Below, piece after piece: positions 63,101 through 64,000 of a stretch of DNA of 64,000 nucleotides. Every line of letters starts with the position of its first letter. The first letter of the stretch is position 1. The translations under genes and the position numbers were made by a program. The stretch comes from Octopus sinensis (lineage: Eukaryota). The stretch is taken from contig NC_043008.1 of the NCBI RefSeq assembly GCF_006345805.1, forward strand, positions 43,524,001 through 43,588,000. Reading direction: 5' to 3'. Below the pieces are notes generated by a model. It had not been told where the DNA came from. It did not search any database and saw only the letters and a program-made list of their open reading frames with translations.

Positions 63101-63324
63101 AGGATGTTCAGAAAGTACCATCTTGGTTAAATATAAAAAAGAGTGTCATACCAGATTTTATTGTTGAGGACCCACATCAGGCGCCAGTCTGGGAGATCAC
63201 CGGAGCAGAATTTAGCAAGGCTGAAATTCACACAGCTGATGGGATTTCCATCAGGTTCCCTCGTCTCACCAAAATACGAACAGATAAAAGCTGGAAAGAA
63301 GCAACTGACCTACCAAGGCTTAAG
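35338..63324 (+). CDS. LIG3: DNA ligase III (multi-exon, 3' end beyond window)
   Basis: Sixteen GT-AG exons with consistent phases: 35338-35809, 36984-37130, 40569-40760, 41517-41623, 44118-44162, 51766-51852, 53410-53489, 54587-54664, 56391-56553, 57157-57312, 58710-58841, 59016-59095, 59635-59722, 60516-60593, 61918-62041, 62960-63324. Motifs: PARP-type zinc finger (CKKC...WYHPSC), [39 protein letters not shown]. Confidence 0.97.
36984..37130 (+). CDS. LIG3: LIG3 coding exon 2 (Ser/Lys-rich linker with basic KRKR)
   Basis: tttcag|[19 protein letters not shown]...SADVK, G|gtaagg; 147 nt, phase 1-1. Confidence 0.85.
37540..38055 (+). mobile_element. RTE-tail non-autonomous element (family D)
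   Basis: Internal GTGCCGGTGGCACGTAAAAAGCACC repeats, TTAGGAAGGGCATCCAGC block, (GAT)n tail. Other copies at about 10400-10735, 13850-14225, 16710-16905, 19880-20097, 24745-25150(-), 38370-38640, 46537-46850(-), 48990-49350, 51390-51620, 55485-55800(-), 63810-64000(-). Confidence 0.8.
39425..39770 (-). mobile_element. L1/Tx1-like 3' end
   Basis: [29 protein letters not shown] followed by a UTR ending in AATAAA and (AAT). Confidence 0.6.
39875..40455 (+). mobile_element. ~570-bp element flanked by (AAT)n on both sides
   Basis: 3' end identical in family to the truncated minus copy at 36025-36150. Confidence 0.7.
40569..40760 (+). CDS. LIG3: LIG3 coding exon 3 (start of DNA-binding domain)
   Basis: ESKPPPP...[38 protein letters not shown]|gtgagc; 192 nt. 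Confidence 0.92.
41517..41623 (+). CDS. LIG3: LIG3 coding exon 4
   Basis: [36 protein letters not shown]|gtaaaa. Confidence 0.95.
43150..43835 (+). mobile_element. SINE family A interrupted by an RTE-tail element
   Basis: 5' half at 43150-43320, insert at about 43340-43605, 3' half at 43630-43835. Confidence 0.75.
44118..44162 (+). CDS. LIG3: LIG3 coding exon 5
   Basis: taatag|[15 protein letters not shown]|gtaata; 45 nt, phase 0-0. Confidence 0.92.
44348..44582 (+). mobile_element. tRNA-derived SINE family B (full length)
   Basis: Complete head to tail. Confidence 0.9.
45258..45660. mobile_element. Sense family B SINE nested in an antisense family B SINE
   Basis: Plus copy at 45376-45588 flanked by ggtactttattt duplications inside a minus copy. 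Confidence 0.8.
47305..47885 (-). mobile_element. Mariner transposase 3' half with TIR
   Basis: [10 protein letters not shown]...[13 protein letters not shown]...[19 protein letters not shown]; terminal cagggtcggctgaaaagttcataggc. Confidence 0.9.
49840..49982. repeat. (ATT)n microsatellite
   Basis: Direct reading. Confidence 0.95.
50528..50830. repeat. 32-bp minisatellite CTCTCTGTACTTCAAAATATCAACTGTCTCTT
   Basis: Units start at 50528, 50560, 50592, 50623 and 50655, then decay; degenerate continuation at about 51150-51330. Confidence 0.9.
50896..51133. mobile_element. Fold-back MITE-like element
   Basis: About 100-bp inverted arms at 50896-50995 and 51033-51133. Confidence 0.8.
51766..51852 (+). 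CDS. LIG3: LIG3 coding exon 6
   Basis: caacag|[29 protein letters not shown]|gtaagt. Confidence 0.94.
51940..52275 (+). mobile_element. tRNA-derived SINE (further family)
   Basis: GGCGCATGGCTCTGTGGTTAGAGC...GAGTTTGAATCC head followed by a non-tRNA body. Confidence 0.7.
52555..52830 (+). mobile_element. Penelope-like 3' end with inverted 5' duplication
   Basis: Arms at 52555-52651 and 52668-52765; ends in (TA)n; contains a hammerhead motif. Confidence 0.65.
52662..52729 (+). ncRNA. Type I hammerhead ribozyme-like motif
   Basis: CCAGAUAA-CUGAAGA-stem II-GAAA-CUCAGA-GUU-UUAUCUUGG. Confidence 0.6.
52864..53157. repeat. Near-perfect 294-bp palindrome
   Basis: About 146-bp arms around a single G at 53011 (cacaaaa-g-ttttgtg); about 3 differences. 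Confidence 0.92.
53410..53489 (+). CDS. LIG3: LIG3 coding exon 7
   Basis: ttgcag|[26 protein letters not shown](R)|gtaaaa; ends phase 2. Confidence 0.94.
54028..54308 (-). mobile_element. R4/Dong-like 3' end embedded in (TAA)n
   Basis: [20 protein letters not shown] followed by a UTR; (ATT)n on both flanks. Confidence 0.75.
54587..54664 (+). CDS. LIG3: LIG3 coding exon 8
   Basis: tatcag|[25 protein letters not shown](I)|gtgagt. Confidence 0.95.
55386..55448 (-). ncRNA. Type I hammerhead ribozyme motif in a Penelope-like end
   Basis: CAC-CUGAAGA-AUGACUGU...ACAGCCAU-GAAA-CGAUC-GUA-GUG; palindromic stem III ACGAUCGU. Confidence 0.7.
56391..56553 (+). CDS. LIG3: LIG3 coding exon 9
   Basis: ttccag|[25 protein letters not shown]...[10 protein letters not shown]|gtaagt. 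Confidence 0.95.
57157..57312 (+). CDS. LIG3: LIG3 coding exon 10 (catalytic motif I)
   Basis: AEPCRSVE...[13 protein letters not shown]...; adenylated Lys codon at 57223-57225; donor gtaagt. Confidence 0.97.
58041..58455 (-). mobile_element. Tandem dimer of SINE family B
   Basis: Two successive family B bodies. Confidence 0.85.
58710..58841 (+). CDS. LIG3: LIG3 coding exon 11
   Basis: [28 protein letters not shown]...[11 protein letters not shown]|gtaagc. Confidence 0.96.
59016..59095 (+). CDS. LIG3: LIG3 coding exon 12
   Basis: caacag|[26 protein letters not shown](F)|gtaagt. Confidence 0.95.
59105..59350. repeat. Polypyrimidine (CTT/CCT)-rich low-complexity tract
   Basis: Direct reading. 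Confidence 0.9.
59635..59722 (+). CDS. LIG3: LIG3 coding exon 13
   Basis: tttcag|[29 protein letters not shown]|gtaagt. Confidence 0.94.
59943..60362 (+). mobile_element. tRNA-derived SINE family A (near full length)
   Basis: Same body and (GTAAAAGA)n tail. Confidence 0.9.
60516..60593 (+). CDS. LIG3: LIG3 coding exon 14
   Basis: ctttag|[26 protein letters not shown]|gtaaga. Confidence 0.95.
61430..61860 (-). mobile_element. RTE-clade LINE 3' end
   Basis: [27 protein letters not shown]...RRVQFAGHC...AMIDREVW; (GAT)n tail. Confidence 0.88.
61918..62041 (+). CDS. LIG3: LIG3 coding exon 15
   Basis: gattag|[41 protein letters not shown](G)|gtattt. Confidence 0.96.
62565..62865 (-). mobile_element. 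tRNA-derived SINE family C variant with 12-bp TSD
   Basis: ctctattcatat at 62553-62564 and 62866-62877. Confidence 0.85.
62960..63324 (+). CDS. LIG3: LIG3 coding exon 16 (OB fold)
   Basis: tgctag|[13 protein letters not shown]...[46 protein letters not shown]|gtgagt. Confidence 0.96.
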
Positions 63325-64000
63325 GTGAGTTTGTCAATGAAAGTAAGCTCCTTTCCATTTTCTCCACTCACTCCGTGAGTATAGTGTGTGCTTTTTACGT
63401 GCCAGGGGAGGCTGGAAACAGCCACGATCGGTTGGTGGTTTTTACGTGACAGGTGAGACTGGAAACGGCCACGTTCAGTTGGTGGTTTTTACGTGCCACC
63501 AACACGGAAGCCAGTCAAGGTGGCGCTGGCTTTATTAGATGGAAATTGAAAGCAGTTCATCGTATATTATTATCTTCATCATTATTTAACCCTTTAGTGT
63601 TCGCATTATTTTGCCAAAATTAATGCTTCTTTATCCTAATTGTTTTGAATTAATCAGGCATTATCTTGTAGCTATGAGATTTTGATGAGGTAGCTGTTAA
63701 TTTTTTAAACAATATTGTAGGGTTGGTGTGAGAGACCAGATATGGCCAGTTTGAACATAAAACAGGCAGAATACTTTTGGCCGGATATGGCCGGTTTAAA
63801 TGCTAAAGGGTTAATGTCCATTTGCCATACTGGCATGGGTTGGATGGTTTGACAGGAGCTGGCAAGCCAGGGAGTTGCACCACGCTCCAATTGTCTGATT
63901 TGGTAAAGTGTCTATAGCTTGATGCACTTCCTACACCAACCACTTTCCAGACTGTTCTGGGTATTTTTTATGTGGCACGAGCATAAGTGCTTTTTGCATA

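Overview
AT-rich, microsatellite- and SINE-dense animal genomic DNA. The repeat families are consistent with an Octopus genome (inference). It holds two intron-containing genes in divergent orientation and one tRNA. (1) DNA ligase III (LIG3) on +: 16 coding exons reconstructed from 35338 to 63324, continuing past the window end, with a PARP-type zinc finger, ligase motifs I, III, IIIa, IV, V and VI, and an upstream in-frame mitochondrial-type leader. (2) An unrecognised type I membrane protein gene on -, about 22169 to 6077, missed as a whole by the ORF track. It has a signal peptide, five exon-pair-encoded beta-rich modules with weak PLAT/LH2-like features (two from a recent tandem duplication), one TM exon and a Tyr-motif tail. 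(3) tRNA-Leu(AAG) at 4613-4694. The remainder is transposon debris: several SINE families, RTE, L1/Tx1, R4/Dong, Gypsy, mariner, Penelope-like ends, MITEs and Helitron-like ends. Main second-look items: the new receptor-like gene and its weak splice donors; hammerhead-ribozyme motifs in Penelope-like ends inside LIG3 introns, one sequestered in a ~97-bp fold-back; an out-of-frame uORF overlapping the LIG3 mitochondrial start; a 237-bp MITE pair with 9-bp TSDs; and a Helitron-like end supplying the last codons and stop of the membrane-protein gene. All coordinates were read by eye; no searches or folding programs were run.
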